Part shown: piece after piece, positions 44,705 through 55,008 of the stretch
How the letters are laid out: each line of letters starts with the position of its first letter
How positions within the stretch are numbered: the first letter of the stretch is position 1
NCBI GenBank assembly: GCA_963700285.1
Contig: CAVOXA010000001.1
Span: 192,001 to 256,000, forward strand
Source of the DNA: an uncultured Chloroflexia bacterium
Lineage (GTDB): Bacteria > Chloroflexota > Anaerolineae > JAAYZQ01
Length of the DNA stretch: 64,000 bases
Reading direction: 5' to 3'
Program-made: the position numbers and the translations under genes
Notes under the pieces: generated by a model
Databases searched by the model: none
Told to the model about the DNA's origin: nothing
Seen by the model: the letters and a program-made list of their open reading frames with translations, nothing else

Positions 44705-46507
44705 ATGGATCAGATCCAGGGTATGACAGGTACGGCGACCCCAGGCGGTGTCTCAAATGATGAGGGGGAACGAGAGGATCAGGAGATCCTGGTCACGGAG
44801 CAGGACAGTTCTGGTGAGATGGGCGAGTTGGCCGTCGAAGACTGGGACTACCAGCGCCCCAAAACAGGACAGGTTCGAGTTGGCGTGATCCTGACCATTG
44901 GGCCTCAGGAGATCATTGTTGACGTCGGAGACAAGCGTGATGGGCTGGTCCCTTTCGCCGATATGCAGCGTATGGGCCCGGAAGCCCTCGCGGAACTGAG
45001 TGTGGGAGATGAGGTACCGGTCTACATCTTGAGGCCTGAAGATCGGGATGGCAATCTCCTGGTCTCTCTTTTCATGGCGCGTCAGGAGAAGGCGTGGCTG
45101 CGCGCGCAGGCACTGGCCGAGAGCGCCGAAGCCTGGGAAGGTGTAGTAGACGGTTACAACAAGGGGGGCCTGGTCATTCCCTTGGACGATATCCGGGGAT
45201 TTGTACCGGCTTCGCAGATACCAGGGTTTCCCCGTGGACTTGGTCAGGAAGAGCGGATCGAGCGTCTGGCAGAAATGGTCGGAGAGACCTTGGTGGTGAA
45301 GGTGATCGAGGTTGATCGGCGCAAGCGCAGGCTCATTCTTTCAGCCAGTGCCGCCCAGCGAGAATGGCGGCAGCAGCATCGCGAGCGATTGCTTGCTGAT
45401 CTGCGCGAAGGTGAGGTGCGTTCGGGTCGCGTCAGCAGCCTCTGTTCTTTTGGCGCCTTTGTTGATCTGGGTGGGACTGATGGGCTCATCCATCTATCGG
45501 AACTGAGCTGGCAGCGGGTCCGGCATCCCAGGGAAGTCGTAGCCGTAGGTGATGAGGTCGAGGTCTATATATTGCGCCTTGATCAAGATCGCAATCGCAT
45601 CGGTTTGAGCTTGAAGCGTCTGCAGCCCGAGCCTTGGGCCCTGGTTGAAGACAAGTACGAACTGGGCCAACTCATCGAAGGTACGGTCACCAACGTTGTC
45701 GACTTTGGCGCATTTGCCGAGATTGGTGAAGGGATTGAGGGACTGATTCACGTCTCAGAGCTGACGGACGGACAGATCTCCCATCCACGTGAAGTTGTGA
45801 AGAAGGGCGATCACCTGTTGCTGAGGATCATCCGCATTGATGCCCGTCGTAAGCGCTTGGGCCTCAGCCTGAAGCGCGTGCTGGAATCCGAGTGGGCGGA
45901 GTGGGCCGCAAGCCTCGCCGAACCCGATGCGGACGCGGCGGCAGATCCCGCAGCAGAGCTGGATGCAGAAGCAGTGGATGAGGGCGGTGAACCTCTGGAT
46001 CTGGAGCTGGAGGCGCCGGTCGTAGAGGTCGCGGAAGCAGATCTGGAGGAAGCAGAGGAAGCCGTCCAACTCGTAGAATTGGACATGGAAGAGGTCGTGG
46101 CCGAGGCGGTGGAAGCAGATCTGGAGGAAGTAGAGGAAGCCGTCCAACTCGTAGAATTGGACATGGAAGAGGTCGTGGCCGAGGCGGTGGAAGCAGATCT
46201 GGAGGAAGCAGAGGAAGCCATCGAACTCGTGGACCTGGGCATGGAAAACCCGGTGGCAGAGGTGGCAGAATTGCAGAAGCCGGAGCAGGCTCAGGTTCAA
46301 TCAGACGTGCTGGCGGAAGCTGTAGAGTTGGCAGCCCTAGAGATAGAAGGTACCGAACAAGCCTCATCTATGCTGGCGGACGAACCAGAATCACAGGAAC
46401 CGGATCAGATCCAAGAGATCTTGGAATCGGCCGAGGTCGATCCGGAGGCGGACGGCAGGTCAGAGGTCCTGGCCCTCGAGGATCCGGAACCTGCCATGGC
46501 AGAGTGA
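44705..46507 (+). CDS. rpsA: 30S ribosomal protein S1 (four S1 domains) with long acidic C-terminal tail
   Basis: NKGGL, RGFVPASQ, FGAFVDLGG.DGLIHLSELSW, FGAFAE..EGLIHVSEL; start may be TTG 44696. Confidence 0.88.
   Translation: MDQIQGMTGTATPGGVSNDEGEREDQEILVTEQDSSGEMGELAVEDWDYQRPKTGQVRVGVILTIGPQEIIVDVGDKRDGLVPFADMQRMGPEALAELSVGDEVPVYILRPEDRDGNLLVSLFMARQEKAWLRAQALAESAEAWEGVVDGYNKGGLVIPLDDIRGFVPASQIPGFPRGLGQEERIERLAEMVGETLVVKVIEVDRRKRRLILSASAAQREWRQQHRERLLADLREGEVRSGRVSSLCSFGAFVDLGGTDGLIHLSELSWQRVRHPREVVAVGDEVEVYILRLDQDRNRIGLSLKRLQPEPWALVEDKYELGQLIEGTVTNVVDFGAFAEIGEGIEGLIHVSELTDGQISHPREVVKKGDHLLLRIIRIDARRKRLGLSLKRVLESEWAEWAASLAEPDADAAADPAAELDAEAVDEGGEPLDLELEAPVVEVAEADLEEAEEAVQLVELDMEEVVAEAVEADLEEVEEAVQLVELDMEEVVAEAVEADLEEAEEAIELVDLGMENPVAEVAELQKPEQAQVQSDVLAEAVELAALEIEGTEQASSMLADEPESQEPDQIQEILESAEVDPEADGRSEVLALEDPEPAMAE
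46033..46245 (+). repeat. 78-bp (26 aa) coding tandem repeat, about 2.7 copies
   Basis: GGAAGCAGATCTGGAGGAAG recurs at 46033, 46111 and 46189; unit EADLEEAEEAVQLVELDMEEVVAEAV. Confidence 0.92.
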
Positions 46508-46533
46508 TGCGGATCTGAACTCGTCAGGAATGA

Positions 46534-46869
46534 GTGATGATGATGACACCGGTGACGGCAAGCCTAAAAGAACGCCTGCAGCAAGAGTTGGATGCGGCGT
46601 TGGAAGAGATCGTACGGCTGGAGGAGCGCCTGGAACGAAAGGGTGACTATGGGCTGGGCAAAGGCGATCCTAGTATCTATGAGTGGGAGATGTGTCTAGC
46701 CCTAAAACAGCGTGCGGAGAACAAGGCGCGATCGCTGGAGGTTGCCCTGCGCAAGGCTGAACAGGGCGACTATGGTATCTGTGAGGTATGTGGGCAAGCC
46801 ATCGATCCGGCTCGTCTGGCCATATTGCCCCATACAAAGCGGTGTATTGGCTGCGCGCAAAAGAAGTAG
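46534..46869 (+). CDS. DksA/TraR C4 zinc-finger protein
   Basis: Coiled coil followed by YGICEVCG..IDPARL..LP..RCIGC. Confidence 0.85.
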   Translation: MMMMTPVTASLKERLQQELDAALEEIVRLEERLERKGDYGLGKGDPSIYEWEMCLALKQRAENKARSLEVALRKAEQGDYGICEVCGQAIDPARLAILPHTKRCIGCAQKK

Positions 46870-47040
46870 CGCCGGCAGGACGAGGATAAGAAGCAGCACC
46901 GCCTGGGGCGGACTCTGGGCGGTGTTTTCATTGTGCCTTTGTGCGTCCGAGATATCTTGCAGACCCTGGCTACTTGCCAATTGGGGGCCTTTTTCCGTAA
47001 GATGGGACGATTCACAAATGCTGGCATGGAGGGCAGTTCT

Positions 47041-49185
47041 ATGGTGAATACTGTTCGGTACCCCGGCGCCATACCCGAGCGCCTCGGTTATCTGACCGAG
47101 TTGGCGGACAATCTTTGGTGGAGTTGGCATCCGTCAGCACGCAACCTCTTCAAAGCGATGAGCTATCCTCTGTGGAAGAGTACCCGCCACAATCCAGTGC
47201 GGATGCTCCAATTGGTGAGCCCTGAGCGCTTGGAAGCCCTGGCCCGTGATGCTGGCTTTCTCACCCTCTATGATAGTGTTTGGGCTGCCTTTGAGACCGA
47301 GCTTGGAGATGGGCATCTCTGGTTCAGGGAGCAGCACCCTGGGCCATACGAGCCCATCGCTTACTTTTCTGCAGAATTTGGCCTTCATGGCTCTCTGCCC
47401 ATCTATTCTGGCGGACTGGGTGTGCTCTCGGGCGATCACTGTAAAGAGGCCAGCGATTTGGGTTTGCCCTTTGTCGGTGTTGGCTTTATCTATCCGCAGG
47501 GCTACTTTCGTCAGCATATCCCCCCCGATGGCTGGCAGGAGGCGATCTATGATACACTGAATATCAATCAAGTATCACTTCACCCCGTGCTGGACGTCAA
47601 CGGCAACCGATTGATGGTCCAGGTAGCTCTGCGTGGCGTGCCGGTCCACGTACAGGTGTGGGAGGTGAGGGTCGGTAGGCTGTGCCTATACCTGATGGAT
47701 ACGGATGTTCCCCAAAATGCGCCGTGGGATCGCGGTCTGTCAGCCCGGCTGTACGGTGGGGATCAGGAAACACGCATCCGGCAGGAAATGGTTTTGGGCA
47801 TGGGTGGTGTTCGGGTACTGCAGTCTCTGGGCATCTCACCCAGTGCGTGGCACATGAACGAGGGGCATTCGGCCTTTTTGGTTCTTGAACGGCTGCGGGG
47901 CATGGCTCAGGATGGGCTTGCTTTTGAGGATGCGGTGGAATCTGTTCGGAGCACAACCGTCTTTACCACGCACACGCCGGTACCGGCCGGCCACGATGCT
48001 TTTCCTCTGTACCTCATGGATGAGTACTTTGGACGTTACTGGCAGGAGATGGGCATTAGCCGCGAGCAATTCATGGTTCTAGGCGAATACGAGGGGCGCT
48101 TCAATATGACGGTGTTGGCGTTGCGCCTGGCAGGCCGGACCAACGGCGTCAGCCAGATCCATGGCAAGGTATCGCGCGAGATGTGGCAATCGGTCTGGCC
48201 CGACTGCCGCGTCGAAGAGGTGCCCATTGTAGCGATCACCAATGGCGTTCATGTACCGAGCTGGATCTCGACCGAGTTGAAGACGATCTACGCTCGATAT
48301 CTGAGCGAGGGCTGGGAGGAACGCCACGATGACCTGGCCTTGTGGGAAGACCTGGCCAGGTTACCCGACGAGGCACTGTGGGCAGTGCACCAGGAACTCA
48401 AGTTCAAACTGCTTACTTTCGTGGATGCGCGCACGCGGGAGCGCTGGCGCGCGGGTGGGATGGGCGCCAGCCAGGTACTGGCCTCAGGCGCCCTGCTGGA
48501 CCCTGAGGCCCTGACTATTGGTTTTGCGCGGCGCTTTGCTACCTACAAGCGGGCCACGCTCATTTTCCGGGACGTGCGACGATTGAAGCAGATCCTCCAC
48601 GCTGAGCGCCGGCCGGTCCAGATCGTCTTTGCTGGAAAAGCCCATCCTGCCGACGGCGGCGGCAAGCAGCTCATCCAGGATGTTTATCGCTTTGCTCAGG
48701 ATCCGGAATTCGGCGGGCGTGTTGCATTTCTTGAGAACTATGATCTGCACATGGCTCACTTTTTGGTGCAGGGCGTGGACGTGTGGCTGAACAACCCTCG
48801 GTCTCCCAATGAGGCGAGTGGCACCAGCGGTATGAAGGCAGCCATGAACGGCGTGCCGAACTTGAGTGTGCTTGATGGCTGGTGGCCGGAGGCTTATCAA
48901 CCGCCGCAGGACAATCGCCCTCCGAACGGTTGGGCCTTTGGTGACGTCCATTATGCTGACTGGGATACGCAGGATGAGTTGGACAGCCAGGTACTCTACC
49001 GCATCCTGGAAGAACAAGTTGTACCCCTCTACTACGATCGAGATGCGGCTGGCATCCCGCGTGGCTGGGTACAGGTGATGAAGGAAGCGATCCGCACCAG
49101 CATAGCTGCGTTCTCCATGCGACGCATGGTAAAGGACTATACGCGACAGATGTACTTGCCGGCCATGTCCAAGCTCGAAAGCTGA
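47041..49185 (+). CDS. glgP: Alpha-glucan phosphorylase
   Basis: NLWWSW, YSGGLGVLSGD, HMNEGH, TNGVH, FARRFATYKR, EASGTSGMKA. Confidence 0.95.
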   Translation: MVNTVRYPGAIPERLGYLTELADNLWWSWHPSARNLFKAMSYPLWKSTRHNPVRMLQLVSPERLEALARDAGFLTLYDSVWAAFETELGDGHLWFREQHPGPYEPIAYFSAEFGLHGSLPIYSGGLGVLSGDHCKEASDLGLPFVGVGFIYPQGYFRQHIPPDGWQEAIYDTLNINQVSLHPVLDVNGNRLMVQVALRGVPVHVQVWEVRVGRLCLYLMDTDVPQNAPWDRGLSARLYGGDQETRIRQEMVLGMGGVRVLQSLGISPSAWHMNEGHSAFLVLERLRGMAQDGLAFEDAVESVRSTTVFTTHTPVPAGHDAFPLYLMDEYFGRYWQEMGISREQFMVLGEYEGRFNMTVLALRLAGRTNGVSQIHGKVSREMWQSVWPDCRVEEVPIVAITNGVHVPSWISTELKTIYARYLSEGWEERHDDLALWEDLARLPDEALWAVHQELKFKLLTFVDARTRERWRAGGMGASQVLASGALLDPEALTIGFARRFATYKRATLIFRDVRRLKQILHAERRPVQIVFAGKAHPADGGGKQLIQDVYRFAQDPEFGGRVAFLENYDLHMAHFLVQGVDVWLNNPRSPNEASGTSGMKAAMNGVPNLSVLDGWWPEAYQPPQDNRPPNGWAFGDVHYADWDTQDELDSQVLYRILEEQVVPLYYDRDAAGIPRGWVQVMKEAIRTSIAAFSMRRMVKDYTRQMYLPAMSKLES

Positions 49186-49213
49186 GCGCCACTGGCGTTT
49201 CTACTCGGGTGTT

Positions 49214-49242
49214 TTGACGAAACCTTTGCTGTGTGCTATACT
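49214..49242 (+). promoter_or_regulatory. sigma70 promoter of tdh-kbl
   Basis: TTGACG-17-TATACT with TGn extension. Confidence 0.7.
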
Positions 49243-49286
49243 CGTCGCGTTCGCTTGGCGAACGACCACAGGGAGGCAGTCTTTCT

Positions 49287-50294
49287 ATGGCAGAAAGCAG
49301 GGGGACCAGAAAGATACTCGTGACCGGCGCCGTGGGCCAGATCGGTTCCGAGTTGACGATTGAGCTACGCTGTCGGTATGGTGCCGAGAATGTGGTGGCC
49401 ACCGGACACAGGACGAAACCGAGTACGGTTCTGTGCGACGGTGGCCCCTTTGAGTTTATTGACGTAACGCGGCAGGAAACCATCGCGGCTGTCGTGGACA
49501 AATACAACATCGATACCGTCTACCACATGGCCGCAGTTCTCTCTGCTGTGGGAGAAGAGAAGCCTCAGGTAGCCTGGGCCGTGAATATGAATGGCCTTTA
49601 CAATGTTCTCGAGGTCGCTCGGGAACGCAGGCTGGCCAAGTTGTTTTGTCCCAGCTCCATTGCCGTTTTTGGCCCAGAGACTCCGCGCGACAATACCCCC
49701 CAGGAGACGGTCCTGCGACCTACGACAATGTACGGTGTAAGCAAGGTGGCTGGCGAATTGCTCTGCGATTATTATGTCCGCCGTTTTGGTGTTGATGTGC
49801 GTGGTGCTCGCTATCCCGGTATCATCAGCAGTGAGACGCTGCCGGGAGGTGGTACGACCGACTATGCTGTCGCCATCTTTTATGAGGCCATAGCCCGCCA
49901 GCGCTACACCTGTTTTGTTCGTGAGGACACAGTTCTGCCAATGATGTACATGCCCGACTGTATAAAAGGCTCCATTGACCTCATGGATGCTGACTTTTCT
50001 CAGCTCAAACACCATGCCGATTTTAACATGACATCCATGAGCTTCTCAGCAGGGCAACTGGCGGCCGAGATCAAGAAGCATATCCCCCAGTTTTCCTGTG
50101 ACTATGAGCCTGACTCCCGACAGGCTATCGCTGATTCCTGGCCCAGGTCCATTGACGACAGCGTGGCCCGCAGGGAATGGAGTTGGCAACCTGAGTATGA
50201 CCTGGCAGCCATGACGTCCGACATGCTGGACAAGCTGGGCGCGCGCCACGCCGCCGGGCGGCTATATCCAGGCGACGAGGTAAGCTGTGATTGA
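49287..50294 (+). CDS. tdh: SDR-type L-threonine 3-dehydrogenase
   Basis: TGAVGQIG, LSAVGE, PSSIAVFG, YGVSK, PGGGTTDYA, MMYMPD, IADSWP; adjacent to kbl. Confidence 0.88.
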   Translation: MAESRGTRKILVTGAVGQIGSELTIELRCRYGAENVVATGHRTKPSTVLCDGGPFEFIDVTRQETIAAVVDKYNIDTVYHMAAVLSAVGEEKPQVAWAVNMNGLYNVLEVARERRLAKLFCPSSIAVFGPETPRDNTPQETVLRPTTMYGVSKVAGELLCDYYVRRFGVDVRGARYPGIISSETLPGGGTTDYAVAIFYEAIARQRYTCFVREDTVLPMMYMPDCIKGSIDLMDADFSQLKHHADFNMTSMSFSAGQLAAEIKKHIPQFSCDYEPDSRQAIADSWPRSIDDSVARREWSWQPEYDLAAMTSDMLDKLGARHAAGRLYPGDEVSCD

Positions 50295-50425
50295 AAATGG
50301 GGCCACGTGTGCTGTGGATCTATCGTTGCCCGGTAATAGCGTTTCTGTTTTTGGCTGATATGCCTCCAAGGCTGTGTCCCGAGACTTGTTCGGGCTGCAA
50401 ATATTCGAGAGCGAAGGAGTGATGG

Positions 50426-51622
50426 ATGACGGACAAGTTTGACTTTATTCGCGATGATGTGACTGGCTTGAAAGAGTCGGGACTATTCATCAACCTGCGG
50501 ATCATGGGCTCGCCAGCCGATGCCTGGATGTTTGTTGATGGTAAGAAGGTTCTCAACTTTTGTACGAACAATTACCTCGGGCTTGCCAATCATCCGAGGC
50601 TGAAGGATGCTGCTCGCAAGGCCGTTGAGGAATGGGGGGTCGGACCGGCGGCGGTGCGCTCAATTGCCGGCACACAGGGGTTGCACGTACAGTTGGAAGA
50701 ACGCCTTGCAGCCTTCAAGGGTGTGGAGGACTCGCTTTATGTGCAAAGTGGTTTCTGCGCCAACCAGGCGGCCATCGCACCACTGGTCGGAAGAAACAGA
50801 GCCACCGGCGAACAGGACATCATCTTTTCAGACCGGCTGAACCATGCCTCCATCATCGACGGGGCGCGTCTTTCCGGGGCCAAGATCGCTGTCTATGAGC
50901 ATTGTGATGCCATGGATGCCGAGCGCGTCATCAGAGAAAATTTGCCGAACTACCGCCGAGGGTTGCTGGTGACCGATGGCGTGTTCAGTATGGACGGGGA
51001 CGTTGCTCCCCTGGACGAGCTGTACAAAGTGGCCGAAAAGTATGGCGTCATGACCATGGTCGATGATGCCCACGGTGAAGGTGTGCTTGGTGGGGGCAAG
51101 GGCATCGTGCACCACTTTGGTCTCCAGGGCAAGTTCGATGTGGAAATTGGCACGTTGAGCAAAGCTTTTGGTGTAGTGGGCGGCGTGATCGCAGGCAAAA
51201 AGGTCGTTGTGGATTATGTGCGGCAGAAGGCGCGACCCTTTCTTTTTTCCAGTGCCACCACCCCACCTGACACGGCAGCCTGCCTCGCGGCTGTGGATCT
51301 CTTGGAGGAAAGCTCCGAGCTGGTGGAAAAACTGTGGGCCAATGCCAAGTATTTCAAGGAAAGTATGGCGGAACTGGGTTTTGATACAGGCCGTACCGAG
51401 ACGCCTATCATTCCGGTGATGCTGGGCGAAGCGCCTCTGGCCAAAGAGTTCTCGCGCAAGTTATTTGAGAACGGTGTGTTCGCCATGGCATTGGGCTTCC
51501 CCACGGTACCACAAGGATTGGCAAGGATCCGGGTCATGAATACCGCGGCCCACAGCCAGGAAGACTTGGACACGGGCCTGGCCGCGTTTGAGAAGGTTGG
51601 GCGCGAACTGGGTGTGATCTAG
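50426..51622 (+). CDS. kbl: Glycine C-acetyltransferase (2-amino-3-ketobutyrate CoA ligase)
   Basis: [36 protein letters not shown]. Confidence 0.9.
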   Translation: MTDKFDFIRDDVTGLKESGLFINLRIMGSPADAWMFVDGKKVLNFCTNNYLGLANHPRLKDAARKAVEEWGVGPAAVRSIAGTQGLHVQLEERLAAFKGVEDSLYVQSGFCANQAAIAPLVGRNRATGEQDIIFSDRLNHASIIDGARLSGAKIAVYEHCDAMDAERVIRENLPNYRRGLLVTDGVFSMDGDVAPLDELYKVAEKYGVMTMVDDAHGEGVLGGGKGIVHHFGLQGKFDVEIGTLSKAFGVVGGVIAGKKVVVDYVRQKARPFLFSSATTPPDTAACLAAVDLLEESSELVEKLWANAKYFKESMAELGFDTGRTETPIIPVMLGEAPLAKEFSRKLFENGVFAMALGFPTVPQGLARIRVMNTAAHSQEDLDTGLAAFEKVGRELGVI

Positions 51623-51780
51623 CCCGTACGGACAACGGCTGTGTTCATTCGATTGTGGGGGAGGTTGCTAGGGCCAATTGTCAGAGGTTGCCAGAGCCCA
51701 CTGGTCGCGAATTTCCTGTCGGGGCTGGTCTGAAAGGGGCTGGGACCCTTTGTTCTGTGGGTAACGGCAAACGACCGCGC

Positions 51781-51809
51781 TTGACGTCTGGCGTTACTTG
51801 TGGTATCAT
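51781..51809 (+). promoter_or_regulatory. sigma70 promoter of the LysM gene
   Basis: TTGACG-17-TATCAT with TGn extension. Confidence 0.55.
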
Positions 51810-51872
51810 ATACTGGGTTGTGATGCGTCGTAGCGAGCAACTGGCGATGAGTGGTTCCGGAGGTGTTCTGCC

Positions 51873-52612
51873 ATGAGACGAAGACTGTGGACCTTGGGCA
51901 TATTCCTGCTGATAGTGGCGGTTGGCTCGATCGGGCTGACTGGCTGCTCCAGGCAGGCCCAGGTGCGCGAAGAACAAACCTCAGAGCAGCCCACAACCTT
52001 GGCCGAGATGATACCAGAGAGCGAGAATATGGTGCCGATGCCGGGAGAAACTGTGGTTTCTGCGGTTTCGCCAACGCCAGCGCCCAATACGCCGGATGCC
52101 GGGGAACAGTCAGCATCCTCTTCTGCCGCAGAACAATCGCAATCTCCTACTCCTGAGCCGGTGGTTCCCATCGAGCCTGCTGCCGATCCAACTGAAACCG
52201 CAACTGCAGCCGCAAATGCGCAAATGCGGCCGCAACTACGGCCGAGACAGCGCCGACTGCTCAGGCATCGGATTCCAATGGGGCAGGGCAGACTATCGTC
52301 CACAGGGTCAGAAAGGGTGAGACCCTCTCAGGGATCGCCCAACGGTATGGCACCACGACCAAGGCCATTAGAAAAGCCAACGACATATCTGATCCCAGCC
52401 TCATCATTCCAGGCCAGATGCTCACGATCCAGGCGTCGGGTGATAGTGAGACATCAAGTTGCCGCAAGGAACACACGGTCAAGAAAGATGAGTGGGTGTG
52501 GCAGATAGCCGAGCAATATGATGTGAAGCCCAAGGAGATCCTGGCTGCCAATAATTTGACCAGCAAGCAGGCCGAAACGCTTCAGCCCGGCACGGTGTTG
52601 TGTATTCCGTAG
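51873..52612 (+). CDS. Lipoprotein with Pro/Thr/Ala linker and two LysM domains (frameshifted)
   Basis: LTGC lipobox; HRVRKGETLSGIAQRYG and HTVKKDEWVWQIAEQY. Confidence 0.8.
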
Positions 52613-52705
52613 CCGAGGGCTGTGTTTGTGCGATTGTGTGTAATAGTTGCGATCTGGGGTGTGCTACCGCTTTGCACAATCCTTCAAAGATGAGGAGAGA
52701 AAAGA

Positions 52706-53730
52706 ATGCCACTACTAGAAGTCAAGGGGCTCAAGACCCAGTTCTTCACCCAGGATGGCGTGGTCAAGGCCGTCAACGGCGTTTCATTCTACGTGGAAGA
52801 GGGGGAGACCCTCGGCATCGTAGGCGAGAGCGGCTGCGGCAAGAGCGTGAGCGTGTTGTCGGTTATGCGTCTCATTCCCCAGCCGCCCGGCAAGATCGTG
52901 GATGGGGAGGTGCTCTTTCATGGGCAGAACCTGCTCGAATCTGAGTGACAACGAGATCCGCCAGGTGCGCGGCAACAAGATTGCCATGATCTTCCAGGAC
53001 CCGATGACCTCTCTCAACCCGGTGCTGACCATTGGCCGGCAGATCGGCGAGGCGCTGGAACTGCACATGGGCATGAACAGGGAGGAGGCTCGCAAGCGAA
53101 GCGCCGAACTGCTGGAGATGGTCGGCATCCCCGAGGCCGACAGATCGCCTGGACGACTATCCCCACCAGTTCTCTGGCGGAATGCGCCAGCGGGCCATGA
53201 TCGCCATGGGCTTGGCCTGCAATCCCCAGCTGCTCATCGCCGACGAGCCGACCACGGCGCTCGACGTGACGATCCAGGCCCAGATCGTCGAACTGGTCAA
53301 GCGGCTGCGCGACGAGATCGGCATGGCCATCATCTGGATCACCCACGACCTGGGGGTGGTCGCTGGCCTGGCCGACCGGATGATGGTCATGTACGCCGGC
53401 TTTGTCGTGGAAGAGGCGCACGGTCAAGGAGGTCTACGCCAATCCCCGCCATCCCTACACCATCGGCCTTCTGGGCTCTCTGCCCCGGCTGGATGAGATC
53501 CGCGAGGACAAGCTGACGTCCATTGAGGGGCTGCCCCCCGACCTGATCGCCCTGCCAGCGGGCTGTCCTTTTGAGGCGCGCTGTGTCTATGCCATCGAAA
53601 AGTGCAGGACGGAGCGGCCCGAACTGGAACCGTGGGACCCAGGCACCGCATTGCTTGCTGGGTGGATGTGACACAGGCGCGCGAATGCGGCTTAGCCAGC
53701 ACCCGAGAACAGCGGTCCATAGAACCCTGA
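52706..53730 (+). CDS. oppD: Oligopeptide ABC ATPase OppD-like (frameshifted)
   Basis: [37 protein letters not shown]; end approximate. Confidence 0.85.
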
Positions 53731-53783
53731 CATTGTACTTTCGACGGAGTTTGAAATCATTGTAGAAGGAATAGGTGTGACGA

Positions 53784-54769
53784 ATGACAGAAAATGGAAC
53801 TCTGGTACAGGTTCGCGATCTAAAAATGCACTTTCCCATCACCCAGGGGATCATCATCCAGCGCAGGTCGGCGCCATCAAGGCGGTGGATGGCATTAGCT
53901 TTGACATCCTGCAGGGCGAGACCCTGGGCTTGGTGGGCGAATCGGGCTGTGGCAAGTCGACGACCGGACGGGCCATCCTGCAGCTCTATCGCCCTACGGC
54001 TGGTGAGGTCTACTTTGAGGGCCAGGACCTGACCGAGCTGAAGGGCGAAACGCTGCGGCAGATGCGCCGCCGGATGCAGATGATCTTCCAGGACCCCTAT
54101 GCCTCCCTGAACCCGCGCATGACCGTGGGCGACATCATCGGCGAGCCTCTGGTCGTGCACAACATCTCCAAGGGCAAAGAGCGCCGGGAGCGGGTACAGG
54201 AGCTTGCTGCGGGTGGTGGGCCTCAATCCCTACTTTGTCAACCGCTATCCCCACGAGTTTTCTGGCGGGCAGCGGCAGCGCATCGGCGTCGCCCGCGCCC
54301 TGGCCGTGAATCCCGACTTTATCATCTGCGACGAGCCGATTTCGGCGCTGGACGTGTCGATCCAGGCCCAGATCATCAACCTGCTGGAAGATCTCCAGGC
54401 TGAGTTTAATCTGACCTACCTGTTTATCGCCCACGACCTGTCGGTGGTGCGGCACATCTCGGACCGCATCGCCGTCATGTACCTGGGCAAGATCGTGGAG
54501 CTGACCGACCGCACAGGAGCTGTACGACAATCCGTTGCATCCCTATACCCAGGCGCTCCTCTCCGCAGTGCCGATCCCTGACCCGGTGGTGGAGGAGAAA
54601 CGCAAGCGCATCATCCTGGAAGGGGATGTGCCCAGCCCGGCCAACCCGCCCGTGGGCTGCAACTTTAACACGCGTTGTCCCGGTGGTCATGGATATCTGC
54701 AAGGAGCAGGAACCAGAGTTTGTGGACTCGGGCGGCGGACACTGGGTCGCTTGCTTCCGGGTAAACTGA
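53784..54769 (+). CDS. oppF: Oligopeptide ABC ATPase OppF-like (frameshifted)
   Basis: [39 protein letters not shown]. Confidence 0.85.
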
Positions 54770-55008
54770 ACAATTGCTCCTGGGCGGACGTTCCAGTGTC
54801 AGGGACGTCGTCGATTTCAATGATCCCTTGTGAAGAGACAGATGTGCTTCGTCCATCTACAGTAATATCTGCTCACAGGCCCTCGTATCGCCTGTGAGCG
54901 GTGGCTGGCCAAAGGAGGTGATGAGGCGGGCTCGATCTGCTGACAGGTTCCCCGCGCCTGTAATTTCGTTTGATCCGTAGTATAAAAAAACGAAAATGGG
55001 AGGAGACA

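Noticed and set aside
46033-46245. CRISPR array
   Set aside because: The units are contiguous in-frame coding repeats with no unique spacers, and no cas genes are present.
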